A stretch of 64,000 bases of DNA from the human T2T-CHM13v2.0 reference genome, Homo sapiens (GCF_009914755.1 NC_060935.1); one strand, 5' to 3'. Positions 35,947 to 50,000 are shown, counted from the first letter of the stretch. Numbers and translations: made by a program. The notes: a model not told the origin generated them from the letters alone.

Positions 35947-37179
35947 TGAGTCCATCAAGTAAAGTGAAAGTTTATTAAGAAAGTAGAGGAGTAAAAGAAT
36001 GGCTACTCCATAGACAGAGCAGACCCAAGGGCTGCTGGTTGCCCATTTTTATGGTTATTTCTTGATGATATGCTAAACAAGGGGTGGATTATTCGTGCCT
36101 CCCTTTTTTAGACCATATAGGGTAACTTCCTGGTGTTGCCATGGCATTTGTAAACTGTCATGGCACTAAATGGAGTGTAGCAGTGAGGATAACTGGAGGT
36201 CACTCTCATTGCCATCTTGGTTTTGGTGTGTTTTAGCCGGCTTCTTTACTGCAAGCTGGTTTATCAGCAAGGTCTTAAGGACTAAGCTCTGATTTTTTTT
36301 AAATCTTGCCCAAATTCCTACCTAAGGGGTCTGGGGAGTCATGCCCTACAAACCATAAATTCTCATCAGATGGGTTTTATTTAACCCTGTATATAGTGAC
36401 TTACTTTCCAATATGACTCTGGCATAACAAGGAAGAAAATCAAAATGTTTTATCCCAAAAGATATTTCCTTGCCATACCTTGAAATTGCCCTGCAAAGTC
36501 TCTTGTGAGAAAAATCCACATCCTATAGAGAATCCCCTTTCCCCTTTGTTTTCCTTCCTTCCTTTCCAGATCCAGGAGATAATCAACTAAGAGTCAGGCA
36601 CCCTTTCAGGTCCCCTAAGAAGCATTTTACAACCTGCCGTCTCTCTAAATCTGCAATCTGAGAGCTTCCTCTGCACAATAAAACTTGGTCTCCACAACCC
36701 TTTATTTTAACCTGAACATTTCCCTTCTATTGATCCTAGGTTTTCAGATAAATTCAACCAATTGTCAACCAGAAAATGTTTAAATTCACCTACAGCCTGG
36801 AAGCCCCCGCTTTGAATTGTCCCACCTTTCTGAACCGAACCAATGTATTTCTTAAATGTATTTGATGGATGTCTCATGTCTCCCTAAAATACATAAAACC
36901 AAACCCCGACCACCTTGGGCACATGTTCCTAGGACCTCCTGAGGGCTGTGTCATGGGCCATGGTCACTCATATTTGGCTCAGAATAAATCTCATTAATTT
37001 TACAGAGTTTGGCTCTTTTCATCAACAGTCTTTATGACCTGTGTCTTGTGCTGACCTCCTATCTCATCCTGTGACTTAGAATGCCTTAACCTCTTGGGAA
37101 TGCAGCCCAATAGGTCTCAGCCTTATTTTACCCAGCCCCTATTCAAGATGGAGTTGCTCTGGTTCAAATGCCTCTGACA
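35947..37179 (-). mobile_element. MER41A-like ERV1 LTR (3'-truncated), split by a nested LTR
   Basis: Minus strand begins TGTCAGAGGCATTTGAACCAGAGCAACTCCATCTTGAATAGG; halves rejoin across 36276-37027. Confidence 0.82.
36276..37027 (+). mobile_element. MER4-family (MER4D/E-like) ERV1 solo LTR nested in MER41
   Basis: T(A)AGGACTAAGCTCTGATTTTT...ACAGAGTTTGGCTCTTTTCATCAACA; 4-bp TSD GTCT. Confidence 0.8.
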
Positions 37180-38986
37180 AATCTGGCTTAACGGATGCTT
37201 TCGTTTCGCATCCCCACTCTGTGTGGTACACCTGCCTGATGAGTCTCTGGGTTTCTGGTTTTCCCTCACTGAGGTAAAACTGGCACTGAATTCTGGAACT
37301 GGAACCTAGTCCTGAGCCTCAGCTCAGTCAGAAAAGAACTTTAGGGTCTCCCTTTCCTCTTTCCTGGGTCTGGCTCCTGCTTTTGTGATCTTTCATATTA
37401 TTTTGAATGGATTGCACAACCTACACTGTTCAAGTCTGATTCTGACCCCTACCAGATTCTTAGGAATGCCCGTTGGCATTTGGATATTGACACCTCCCCT
37501 AATCAGAACAGAACTGGTTAAACTTCCTTGATCTTGATGACTTAAGAGTGTTGTTTCTCCATCGGGGTGGTATTGACCTGTTCTTCCCACTCAGTGGGAA
37601 CACTGGTGTGCTGTGTGGCTCAAGACAATTCATTCCACCCATCTCGATGATTTGAAACTCCTACCGTTTTGCCAGGTGAGGCTTTCACTGGTCTGGGACC
37701 TGGGTTGGCCGAGCCTACAATTAGCAGATTTTTAGTCCTCTAAGCAAGGAAAGCAGGAAATGACAAACTATGAATTTCTAATTTCTCACACTAAAAGTTC
37801 ATTATGTTTTAAGCACCAATCAACTCTTAATTATCCACAGTAACGGGAGGGGTAATGGCATATTTCTATACAGCATTGTCCTAAATCACATATGCTTTAG
37901 AGCATAATCATTTTCACCAGAAGCACATTTACTTTGCTAGTTTTACTGTGCTTGTAATTTTATCAAAACGAGTCTGCTTTCTCTCAGCACTGTGCCTTAT
38001 GATTCTAGGAGGAGACATCATGAAGTCCTGTTTGGTGGCAGAGGCCAGTCAGCCTTGGATTTGATATTTAGATTAGATGTTTGCTGTAGGAAAACTCCAT
38101 GTATCTGTTGAAGAGTCCATCATTGTGACCACCTTAGAAATCATGTAACAAGATCATATGGTGAGACTGGTGGCGGGGAAATTGGGTATAATTTGGAGTG
38201 AGGTATTGAACATATGGATAGTTAGGCTCATCAAACACTAATAAGAGAACAATAGGCAGAAATGGAAAAAATGAGAAAATACATTTATTCAGTGACAACT
38301 CATTGCAATGTTCACATGTTTAGGGACCATGGTTGTTTACTTCATAGTGAGAATCATTTTATACTAAAAATAAAAGTTAGAAAAAGGAGGAGAATGAGAA
38401 GAGGATAGTAAGAGGGGTGGAGAGAGGGGAAAAGCTCACATATACTGAGTGTATCATCCATGCCAAGAACTGTGCTGAGCAATGTATGTGCATTAACTCT
38501 TTCAGTCCTTGTAACCACACTAGGAAGGCACCATCATCATCCTCATTTTACAGATGGGCAAGAAAGGCTCAAAGAAGTTAAGTTATATAAGAATCCAAGA
38601 TAATCTGATTTCAACATTAATATTATTACCTAGTCTTTATTTTCGACTGCCTTCTACAATATTTTCTGCAAGTTATACAGAACAGTGATGTTATCTATAA
38701 CTTGAATAGGACAACAACATCCAAGAAGAAAAATCATTTCTTCCAATGAGTGAACCGTTTTAACTTGGATAAAAGATGATTTGGGTGAGAAATGGAAGCT
38801 AAGGGTAGATGGTGAATAACATATTTATATTTCTTTCTCCATGTTAGTCCAGTCCTCAGTACTTACAACCATGTATCAAAGCAGATTAGTTTTTAAAAAG
38901 TGTCCCTGCTTGGGACTGAAGTGAGCTACATCTGAGGAAAAATGGTGTTATAGAAGGCAGGGTCTTTGGGAGTTTAGTTTATATTG

Positions 38987-39099
38987 TATAGTACACAATA
39001 CAAATTAATAGAAATTATGGCATTATAAAAGTAGTTGCTCTATAAATGTAACTACTTTTATAACTCCATAATTTATAGTAGTTTATATTGTGTACTATA
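38987..39099. repeat. Imperfect AT-rich inverted repeat (~52-bp arms, 9-nt loop)
   Basis: TATAGTACACAATA...TTATAAAAGTAGTTGC pairs with GTAACTACTTTTATAA...TATTGTGTACTATA. Confidence 0.9.
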
Positions 39100-39825
39100 A
39101 ATGAATAGGTGCTATATATCTCACAAAATAAATATCGTCATTCTGCAGTAAGTATGTAATCTAAAGAGCCAGCTCTCCAGGGGACAGGATATTAGTGGTA
39201 CACATATGATCGGATGCCAGAAAGGTTGTAATGCAGAAGTTTGAGTACTACCACTTCTCTATGGTTTCTTATTTCCTTAATTTCTAGCTTATTTTTCATC
39301 ATGACCAATCTTCTTAAAGAAAATGCAAAGATCTGAATAAGTTTCGTTATTTTCCTTTTACCTAATTTCTTATGGGACTGTTTTCCACAGACCACAAAAA
39401 CCTATACAATTCACAGTGTCCATGTGTCCCTAGAAAATAAGTAGAATAAATTGAGTAAGAACAATCATATTCATTATTGTGAGATTCTGTGCCTGGACAC
39501 CTCGTCCTGTTTGCTAGGATATAGCACATTTTCCCTTCAAAGTGCCTCAGCTCACATGGAGTAACTAAAAGGCAAAGTGAAAGCTCATGTTGCAGTGAGG
39601 ATTTGTCTGATAACATCCTCTTGCTTTCATGAACAAGTTTCATTGCTAAAAAAAAAATAGCACTTACCAAAGCCGGGGGAACATGAAAAGTACAACATGG
39701 CCTGGTGTAGAATGATGTCTTCTCTGTATTTCCATCCCACAAGTCAGATTTCCAGAGCAGTATTTCTGGGATTATGATAGCCTGTTTTATTACACATTTT
39801 CCCTAAAGGTTAAAGTTTCCTACAC

Positions 39826-40030
39826 CAGTCCTGTCCAATAGCACTTTAGGCAATGATGCAAATGTTCTGTATCTGCACTATCCAATATGGTAGTCACTAG
39901 TCACATGTGGCTTTTGAGCACTTGAAATATAACTAGAACAAGTGAGAAACTGAGTTATTAAGTTTAATTTTAATTAATTTAAATTTAAATAGCTACATGT
40001 GGCTAGTGGCTACCATACTGGAAAATGCCA
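39826..40030. mobile_element. MER3-like hAT-Charlie DNA transposon relic
   Basis: CTGTCCAATAG...GCACTATCCAATATGGTAGTCACTAGTCACATGTGGC...GTGGCTACCATACTGG. Confidence 0.75.
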
Positions 40031-41365
40031 CCCCAGAAGAAAGAATAGCTTAAGAAATTGTCTATGCTAAAGAACTAATACACAGTCTTCTCCCTGCTTC
40101 CATAGCACTCATCACTGAAAGCCAGTGATAATGCCACTCATGGTGATCAGAACCAGGGAATGAAAATAGTTTGAGACTTCTTCCTGTCATTCAGTAAACT
40201 GTGGGAAACCAAGAACTGCAAAGCCCTAGGTATGTTTATGACCCAGGGATACTGTTTCATAAACAAAGGATTGGCTTACATAAAATGGGCCTCCTAAATG
40301 TTATTGTATTTACACATTGGGATTACTAACAGTTAGATACTATAAAAGTAAAATACTGAGACAAAATTCCCTTTTTGCACATATCAAAGTTTTATTCAAC
40401 CCATTAATGAGAGAACCATCCAAAAGACAAGATCTCTACTTCCTAGAGTATGTGAACAGAGATTTATAGTCTGTTAGCAAAGAAATACTGAAATAAGATT
40501 CCTAAATTAGATACACATTGGTTAGTTTCCCACAGGGAAATACAGTTGTAACTTTTGGGGTTATTTTTCCTACCAGACCCACGAAGCAAAAAGAGACAGA
40601 GGTAGAAAGGAGGAAATGGTGGTACCTCGAACTCAGGAGAAACTGATACTGGATTTATCTTTCCCAATATCCAATGTCTCCTTCAAACATCTGGACTTCT
40701 CTCAAGGACACCAACTATTATCTTTTGCCCTTGCTCTTAGTTGTTAAAGCTTTTTTTTACAGAATTTTCATAACCACTGCTTTCTTTTCCTTCCCACTGA
40801 TACCCCTACAAACTTCAGTTTCTTATCATCTCGTTGTGAAAGTCAGTTAAGCAAACAAAACTCTTCTGGAGTGTTTAAGATTCCAGAAAACTTCTCAAAT
40901 CACTTTTCATATCTACTATAAGTTGTTCATTTAACACCACAAAGACAAATGGAACTCATAAATTGTGAATACTCTGCCCCTTTAAGAAAACTTTGTTTTT
41001 ACATTTCTTAAATCAACTAATGCAATCTTAAAATCACCTTTAATTTTCACATTAAAAATTATTTTCTGAAGTATAATTATCTGAACAATGTTTAAGAAGG
41101 ATTTGAAACAATTAAAAGGCACCAAAGGTATTTAATCTATTAGAAGCAAAGAAAGAAAGAAGGAAAAAACAGTAAACTATCACATTTTGGAGGACTAGAA
41201 TTATCTTTTTAAGAAGTTACAGATCAATTATTATAGTGTAAAGGAACCAACAATACATTCACGGTGACGGCTTTCTTTAACCTTCAATCTAACTGTCAAG
41301 CAGTACTGTGCTTTGAAGCTAGCTGTACATCTTCCTTAAGGAAGTTCATTTTTCTGAGCTTAGCT

Positions 41366-41656
41366 TTTCTTTTTTTCTGATACAGTCTCGCTCTGTCGCC
41401 TGGGCTGGAGTGCAGTGGCGCGATCCCTGCTCACTGCAAGCTCCGCCTCCCGGGTTCAGCCATTCTCCTGCCTCAGCCTCCCGAGTAGCTGGGACTACAG
41501 GCGCCCGCCACCAAGCCCGGCTAGTTTTTTGTATTTTTAGTAGAGACAGGGTTTCACCGTGATAGCCAAGATGGTCTCGATCTCCTGACCTCGTGATCGG
41601 CCCGTTTCGGCCTCCCAAAGTGCTGGGATTACAGGCGTGAGCCACCACGCCTGGCC
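41366..41656 (-). mobile_element. Alu (AluY-like)
   Basis: Full dimer, CpG-retaining, GCAAGCTCCGCCTCC diagnostic; imperfect TSD TCTGAnCTTA. Confidence 0.92.
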
Positions 41657-41835
41657 TCTGATCTTATTTTTTCTTAAGAGAGGCTTATATGCTTTTCTTT
41701 CACATCATTCATGGGCTACTCTGTCAGCCTCCTAAATGGTCTCCTGGAACCCAGTTTTGCCTTCTGTCCTTCCACCCCAAATCATTCTATATAGCACTAC
41801 CTGATTAATCTGCCTGGATTGCTGATTTAATTTAA

Positions 41836-42177
<342 letters not shown>

Positions 42178-42383
42178 TGATTTATTTAGACACAAAATAA
42201 TTGTACATATTTATGGGGTACAGTGTGATGTTTCAATACATGTGACAGACTGCTCTGTATTTTTAAAAGTCTTCCCAGGTGATCCTAATGTGTAGCAAGA
42301 TGGAGAACCACTGTTCTAGTCAAACCAGACTTTGCTTTCACCTGTTTGTAATTCCCTCACCATTTACGCCTATTGAAATCCTT

Positions 42384-42759
42384 GCAGCCATAAAAAATGA
42401 TGAGTTCATGTCCTTTGTAGGGACATGGATGAAATTCGAAATCATCATTCTCAGTAAACTATCACAAGAACAAAAAACCAAATACTGCATCTTCTCACTC
42501 ATAGGTGGGAATTGAACAATGAGAACACATGGACACAGGAAGGGGAACATCACGCTCTGGGGACTGTTGTGGGGTGGGGGGAGGGGGGAGGGATAGCATT
42601 AGGAGATATACCTAATGCTAAACGACGAGTTAATGGGTGCAGCACACCAGCATGGCACATGTATACATATGTAACTAACCTGCACATTGTGCACATGTAC
42701 CCTAAAACTTAAAGTATAATAATAATAAAATAAAATTTAAAAAAAGAAAAAAAGAAAAA
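42384..42759 (+). mobile_element. 5'-truncated young L1PA (PA2-PA4-like) 3' end
   Basis: ORF2 end plus 3'UTR with G-rich tract, A tail, TSD GAAATCCTT (42375-42383 / 42760-42768); GAG rather than the L1HS ACA diagnostic. Confidence 0.9.
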
Positions 42760-44911
42760 GAAATCCTTAACCATTCTTCAAAGTCCAGCAAATGCCACCC
42801 CTTCTATGAAGTCTTCTCTGATTACTCTAGCCGAATGTTTTCACAGCTTTTTTCTAAATTCCTACATCAATTTGTTTCACATACATAATCTCTTATTGTT
42901 ATAGCAATTAATTATCATTTACTTAGATATTTACAGTGTTCAAAGGTTTTCCATAAATTTGTCTTCTAATCTATATTTTCTGTGCAATGGAGGCTTTATC
43001 ACTCCCAAGTTATAACGAGGAAACTCTGGCTCAAAGAGTGTATGTGAGTTTCTTTTCCAAGCCCACACAGTTAGTAAATTACAAAGATGCAGACTGAGCC
43101 TGGGTCTCCTGACCTCTGCTAGCTTGTTGTTGGAAATATTTAAAACAAAAACAAATCCCCTTTCACCACCATTAGAGCTCATAAAAATTACCTAGGAAGC
43201 CTGTCAAATGCATACACCTGGGTGGCAGCCTCAACGAGTCTTTTGGTTCACTCTAGCCAAACCGACCTAGATGCCTGATTTTCATCAGGCACTGCCAAGT
43301 AATTCTCATGCAGGTGATTTTGAGAAATACTACGCTAGGTGATTACACACCATATGGAGATTGTAGGAAAACCTCCAAAGGGCCATTTTACCCATATAAA
43401 ATGATAATTCAAAAATAATTAAGAATTAGTGGTGGGAAAAACATTTTTCAGCCAGTATAGATCACAGACTTGTGCCCAGGGCACTTTCTTTTTAATTGTG
43501 AAAGTTGCTTCTTTAAAACCACATCTGTTGGTTTTCCAGATGAGCAGGTAGCAGGTTGACCAGAAGTATGCTCAGTGGTCACTGCAAACCTCCTCCTTCT
43601 GAATTGTGGCAGGTGCACTTGCTTTGTGTTTCTCCTCTGGGAAGCAGAGAGGTCACTTGTAGCACTTCTCATTTCAGAAGGCTTTTGGAGGAACTCATTT
43701 GGCTCAGAGTTTTCAAACCAAATCTGCCTCATAAGAGACTCTGCTGACATTGTGTTCCATTGACAAGGGCAATGATCTAAGGCCACCTGGAAAAAAATCT
43801 CCGCCCAGATTAGAGAAGTACCATTTGTTTCCATGGAAAGAGGTTGAAGTACTTTAAATTATTCACAATTTTACAACCTTGACACTGAAGAAGATATCAT
43901 TATAGTGCCACCCAGGATAAAAACTGCCATTTTCCATTTGGCATGAATTTTCTTCTGTAGGTCAAATCTGTTCACAATATCTGGCTTATATAGGGGAACT
44001 TTGTGTAGTCCAAGAAGATTATTCAGATGCATTCATTTCTCAAGCAGAATATGTTTAAAAGGCTGTTCTATAACTGGAAGTACATAGATTTTTCATTCCT
44101 TAAGGGAATCTTTACTCGCCTATGTCACATTGTGTAGAGAGAGGGCACAACGCTGCTTTAAACAAGCCCTTCAGACTAGCTGAACTGAATTTTAAAATAG
44201 ATGCTCTCTATTCTCTTGATCACTACTTAACTTTGGATTCCAAAGAACTTCTGTCTTTTCTCCTCCCACCCCTTCAGAATCCTCTGTTCTCTAAGGAAGG
44301 TCTGAAGAATCTAGCCAGTAATAATAATAATAATACCTAGCATAACCCTATAGGATAATTATAGTGGTAAGTTACCTCTTGCTGTGTGTTTCTCTCTGAA
44401 AAATATTTTCTCCATTCTCAGGATGGTATGCAGGCCTTTTTGCTTCTTGGAAAGAAAAGAAGGAAACTAATTAACTTTTGGGTTTTGGGGGGCTAAAAGG
44501 AGGAGTCATCAGTTAGGTGTACGGAAATCCACCCTACACCTTTCTCACCCTGCTCTGTGCCGTGGGAAGCTGACCTTTACCGACGGCATCAGCTGGGCTC
44601 CTTTGTTTCCTGATTTCCTCGTGGGTTCAGCCAGTGAGAGACAGAGGCAGAGGCTGAGAGTAGGATAAAAAGGAAGTAGGGGTATTTATTCCTGTAGGCC
44701 CTCAGGTTAAACTGTCTGTGTTCTGTTATCAAAGGCCACAGCTCTTGTCAAATAGCTCTTTTTCCTTCAGCCATCATCTTATGGTTCCAATAACTATCCA
44801 CTTCTGCTGGCCTTATCGCTTCATGTTTAGAAAGAGAAATGGCTCCCAGCTGTCAATAGTTGTGGGGTACTTCCACTTCCTTCTGATGGTTTTAATTAAC
44901 TTTGCCCACAC

Positions 44912-45563
44912 TTTAAAAATTTTTAAAATTTCAATAGCTTTATATGTACAACTGGTTTTTTGTTACATGGATGAATTGTATAGTGGTGAAGATTTCAGTG
45001 TACTCATCACCCAAATAGTGTACATTGTACCCAACAGGTAATTTTTCATCCCTCACCCCCAACCTCCTCTTTGAGTTTCTAATGTCTATCATTCCATTCT
45101 GTAAGCCCCTGCATACCCATAGCTTAGCTCCTACTTATAAGTGAGAACATAACGGTATTTGTTTTTCTGTTCCTGAGTTACTTCACTTAGGATAATAGCC
45201 TCCAGTTCCACCCAAGTTGCTGCAGAAGACATTATTTTGTTCTTTTTCATAGTTGAGTAATATTCCATGGTGTGGGTGTGGGTGTGTGTGTGTATATGTG
45301 ACATTTTCTTTATCCACTCATCAATTGATGGGCACTTAGATTGACTCCATATCTTTGCAATTGCGAATTGTGCTGTGATAAGCATATGAGTGCAGGTGTC
45401 TTTTTGATATAATGACTTCTTTTCCTTTCGGTAGATACCCAAAAGTAGGATTGTTGGATCAAATGATAGATGTACTTTAAGTTCTCTGAGAAATCTCCAC
45501 AGAGGGAGTACTAACTTACATTCCTACCAACAGTGTGTAAGTGTTCCCTTTCTACTGCATCTA
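44912..45563 (-). mobile_element. L1MA-type 3' end inserted into an old ERVL-like LTR (~44505-45660)
   Basis: L1 3' peptide in ORF 45131..45442; flanking repeat TTGCCCACA on both sides. Confidence 0.75.
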
Positions 45564-46048
45564 CTTGCCCACAATTTTGTAAATATTCCTTTCATTACAC
45601 TCTCCCGTATTCCCTAATTTGAATATGCCATCTGTGCTATTAGCTGGGACCCTGACTTATGTAGAGAGCAATGCTTAAACAGGCCATGTTAAATGATATT
45701 GGACTTCCTAGTAATCTTGGTGTATGGAAGCTAGGGGTGACTTTAATTAAATTTGGACAGTAAAGAGAGTTCACAAATAAGATAATAAATAAGGCAGATC
45801 TGATCTAGATTTCTACACCCAAAATAAATACCTTTTCTTCAAATGTTCAAACATTCACAAAAACTAAAAATATATTAGGCTGCAAACCAAGCCTCAATAA
45901 ATTATAAAAAGTAGAAACAACATAGACAACATTCTCTGATTACAAATGCAATAAGATTAGAAACTCATACAAAATAAAAGTTTGCACTATAACTGAAAAT
46001 TTTCAAGCTCTTACACGGAAGTAATTCTTTGATCAAAAACAAAACAGA

Positions 46049-46335
46049 GGCCAGGCACAGTGGCTCACATCTGTAATTCCAGCACTTTGGGAAGCCAAAG
46101 CCGGAGGATCCCTTGAACCTGGGAGTTCAAGTTCAGCGTGGGCAACATAGCAAGACCCTGACTCTACATGAAATTTTAAGAATTAGCCAAGCATGGTGGT
46201 GCACACCTGTAATACTAGCTATTCTGGAGGCTGAGGCAGGAGGATTGCTTAAGTCCAGGAGATCAAGGCTGCAGCGAGCTATGATCACACTACTGCACTC
46301 CAGCCTGGGTGACTGAGTGAGACCCATCTCTAAAA
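46049..46335 (+). mobile_element. Alu (AluJ-like)
   Basis: Full dimer. Confidence 0.88.
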
Positions 46336-46612
46336 CTAAATGGAAGTTGCCAAATTTTTAAAAATCAGTCATGATGAAAACAGAACATTATCAGAACCTA
46401 AAGAAGAACTTAGAGGAAAGCTGAATACTTTTATCTATATAAAGGAAAAATAAAAGTAAATAAATTAAGCTTAAAAAGGAAAGCAGTAGGAAGGATATCA
46501 ATGAGTTAGAAAATAGAAAAAACAGTATTAAGAAATTAATAGCTAATTTATTGGGGGAAAGTTAGAAAAACTACTAACTGAATCAAAGAAATGATAAGAA
46601 AAAGTAACAACA

Positions 46613-46925
46613 GGCCGGGCGCGGTGGCTCACGCCTATAATCCCAGCACTTTGGGAGGCCGAGGCGGGCGGATCATGAGGTCAGGAGATGGAGACCATCC
46701 TGGCTAACACGGTGAACCCCCGTCTCTACTAAAAATACAAAAAAAAATTAGCCAGGCGAGGTGGCGGGCACCTGTAGTCCCAGCTACGCGGGAGGCTGAG
46801 GCAGGAGAATGGCGTGAACCCCAGGGGGCGGAGCCTGTAGTGAGCCGAGATCGCGCCACTGCACTCCAGCCTGGGTGAAAGAGCGAGACTCCATCTCAAA
46901 AAAAAATAAATAAATAAAAATAAAT
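46613..46925 (+). mobile_element. Alu (AluY, AluYe-like diagnostics)
   Basis: GGCGAGGTGGCGGG and GAACCCCAGGGGGCGGAGCCTG variants; TSD TAACAACA. Confidence 0.88.
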
Positions 46926-47174
46926 AACAACAGGAAAAGAAACCAAAACTATCCATAGGCCACTTTGCTCAACTCTGTGCAAATAATTATATAAATCTGG
47001 GTAAAAGGAATAATATTCAAGATATAGTGTCTGGCCCCAGAAGAGGCAGAAAGTATATTTCCACAGAAGAAATAGAGAATTGATCAAAGAGCTAATCCCT
47101 ACCCAACGGAAAAAAAAAATGGTTTTAATAAAAACAGATGCAAATTGCTTCTTCTTTTTCTTTTTCTTACTTAC

Positions 47175-47466
47175 TTTTTTTTTTTTTTTTTGAGATGCAG
47201 TCTCACTCTGTTGACCGGGCTGGAGTGCAATGGCACCATCTCAGCTCACTGCAACCTCCGTCTCCTGAATTCAAGTAATTCCCTGCCTCAGCCTCCCGAG
47301 TAGCTGGGATAACAGGCAGACACCACCACGCCTGGCTAATTTTTGTATTTTTAGTAGAGACAGGGTTTTGCCATGTTGGCTGGTCTCCAACTCGTGGTCT
47401 CCAGTGATTGCCCACCTCGGCCTCCCAAAGCGCTGGGATTACAGGTGTGAGCCATTGCGCCTGTCC
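47175..47466 (-). mobile_element. Alu (AluS-like)
   Basis: Full dimer; flanking repeat CAAATTGCTTCTT. Confidence 0.9.
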
Positions 47467-49434
47467 TCAAATTGCTTCTTGAAAGAATTCCAACAATTCC
47501 ATTTAAGGATCAGACCATTCTAAGGCCAGTTATCTTAGAGCTCAAGGAGTGGAGTGGAGGGAAGTAGATGGGTGGAGAGAAAACTTCCACATTATTTATA
47601 AAGAGAGTATAACATTGACACCAAAACCTCACATGGACTGCAGATAAAAGAAAACTACAAACACTTCCCATTTATGAATATCTATGCAAAAATCCTGATT
47701 AAAATATTAGCCTATTAAAAGAAAAAACACATCACTACAGGTGGAGCTTACCTGAAAAATTTTTAAATGACTTAATATTAAAATATATATTAATATAATT
47801 TATCAGATTACAGATACAAGGAAAATAATTACACTTATGTCCTCGGGTGCTCAAATAGCATTTAAAAAAATTAATAAGATACTTCCTTTAAAAAAATGCA
47901 ATAAAATAGAAATAGACTAGATGTTATAATAAAAGTTTAGTCATTTCAGCCCCAAAACAAGCAGCATGCTTTCTGAAAATCACTACAATTATTTCCACTC
48001 GAGTAGAAATAAGACAAAAATAATCACTGCGTCCACTATTATTTACATTGTCTTGGGAGTACTGGCTAACACAAATAGGCAAGAGAAAGTAGTCATAGAA
48101 ACTGTAAATGAGGAGTTAAAGCTATCCTATTTGCATATGATATGACTGGGTGTGTGCAAATATCAAAAGAATTCATTGGAAATCACAATTGGAAGATACA
48201 CAATTGGTACGTAGAAATTAAAGATAGGTTTAGGGTTAGGGTTCACGAAAAGATGAACACATATAAATACACAAAAAAAATGACTAGTTAAAATACATCC
48301 TATGTCCTTGGATTAGAGGACTCAACATCATAAAAATTTCAGTTTTTCCTAAATTAGTATATAATTTACTATAATCCCAATTAAAATACCAAGAGGGTTT
48401 TTAAATTACATAAGATGATTAAAAAGTTCACATCTTAACCCAAAACAGACAGACAGGAAACTGAGTAAGAGTAATTGGAGGGAAGACAGGGATGTGACTA
48501 GGCTTGGCAGATACTATAAATCTTTAACAATTAAAACAGTATGGAACTGGTACTTGAGTAGACAGAGAAATAATGAAAGAAATTAGAAAGCACAGAAATA
48601 TTCCAAATATATATAGAAGATTAATATATGGTAAGTACAGCATTTTCAATCAGTGAGACAAATATGGGCTTTTTAACAAATGGTATTGGGTCAACTGAGT
48701 AGCCATCTAGGAGAAATGAATAAATTTGATTCTTACATTATACTATAAACTAAGGCAAATTCCAAATGGCTCAAATATTTAAATATAAAAAATAAAGCCA
48801 AAAAATTACTAGCATGAGGTGGGAGCATGGGAGAAGACACAAGGCAATTCCTTATTTTCTTAGAGTGGGAAAGATCTAAATTTGATTAAAAATCTAGAAG
48901 CACTAAAGATTGACACCAAAGTCACATATGTGGCTAATTATATCATAAGCAAAGAAAAAAGGAAAAAGAAGAAACTGGAAAAAAAAAACATTTGCAAGTC
49001 ATCTCACAAAAGACTAACCCCTAAAAATCAACAGAGAAAAAGCTTAATCATAGAAAAACAGTCAAAGGTGCAAATTAACAATTCACAGAAGAGGATTTAT
49101 AAATAGCTTAACACATGAAAATATGTTCAACCTTACTCATAAGAGAAATGCAAATTAATATACTCTGAGCTATGATTTTCCACCTTTTAAATTGGCAAAA
49201 AAAATCCAAAATCTTAATAACAAATTCAGATGGGAAAGTATTTTCATATATTGCTAGCAGGATTATAAATTGTTATTAATGATTTGATGGGCAATATGAA
49301 AACAATAAACCAATTTACAAGTGCACATTTTCTTTGACCCAGCAATCCCATGCAGTAGAGTTTTTCTTACAGATATACTACTGATGTACATACAAATTTT
49401 TAATGTATATACTTTTTTTGTAATAGCTAAAGAT

Positions 49435-50000
49435 TGGGGTATTTGTTGTCTATTGCTGCATAACAAGTTACTCCAAAACTTAGCAGCTTAAAACAACATA
49501 TATGTATTATCTCAGTCTCTGTGGGTCAAGAATCTGGGCACAAATTAGCTGGTTTCTCTGCTTCACTGTCCCTCACAAGGCTGCCATCAAGGTATCAAAT
49601 CCAGGTCTGCAGTCTCATCTGAAGCCTCGAATGGGGAAGACTCTGCTCCCAAGCTCATTCAGTGGTTATTGGCAGCATTCATTTCCTCAAGGGCTGTTAG
49701 ACTAAGGGCCTCAGTGCCTCACTGACTGTTGGCGAGAGGTTGCCTTCAGTTCCTTTCCATGTAGCCTCTCCCAAGTGACAGCTGACACTATCAAACATGC
49801 AAGCCAAGAAGGAAATAGAGAGTTGGCTAGCAAGACAGAGTCAATCTTTTGTAATCTAATCATGGAAATGACATCCCATCACTGTTACTGTATTGTGTTT
49901 ATCAGAAGCAAGTCTGTAGATCTAGCCCACATTAAAAGGAAAAGAATTACACAAGGGCAGAAATACCAGAAGGCAGAGATTACTGGGAGCCATCTCCTAT
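49435..50000 (-). mobile_element. MaLR LTR (MLT1F/G-like)
   Basis: CTATTGCTGCATAACAAGTTACTCCAAAACTTAGCAGCTTAAAACAAC start motif. Confidence 0.7.

Larger units (their letters stand above)
45780..49430 (+). mobile_element. Old degenerate L1 (L1ME-like) ORF2 remnants interrupted by three Alus
   Basis: L1 ORF2-like motifs (e.g. 47680-47720, 48000-48130, 48650-48710); boundaries approximate. Confidence 0.6.

Noticed and set aside
43448-43834. 128-aa ATG-initiated ORF in apparently unique DNA
   Set aside because: No recognisable domain, no purine at -3, no promoter or splice support; length compatible with chance. Ribo-seq or PhyloCSF could overturn this
48225-48243. TTAGGG x2 telomere-like motif
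   Set aside because: Only two perfect units; too short to call an interstitial telomeric insertion
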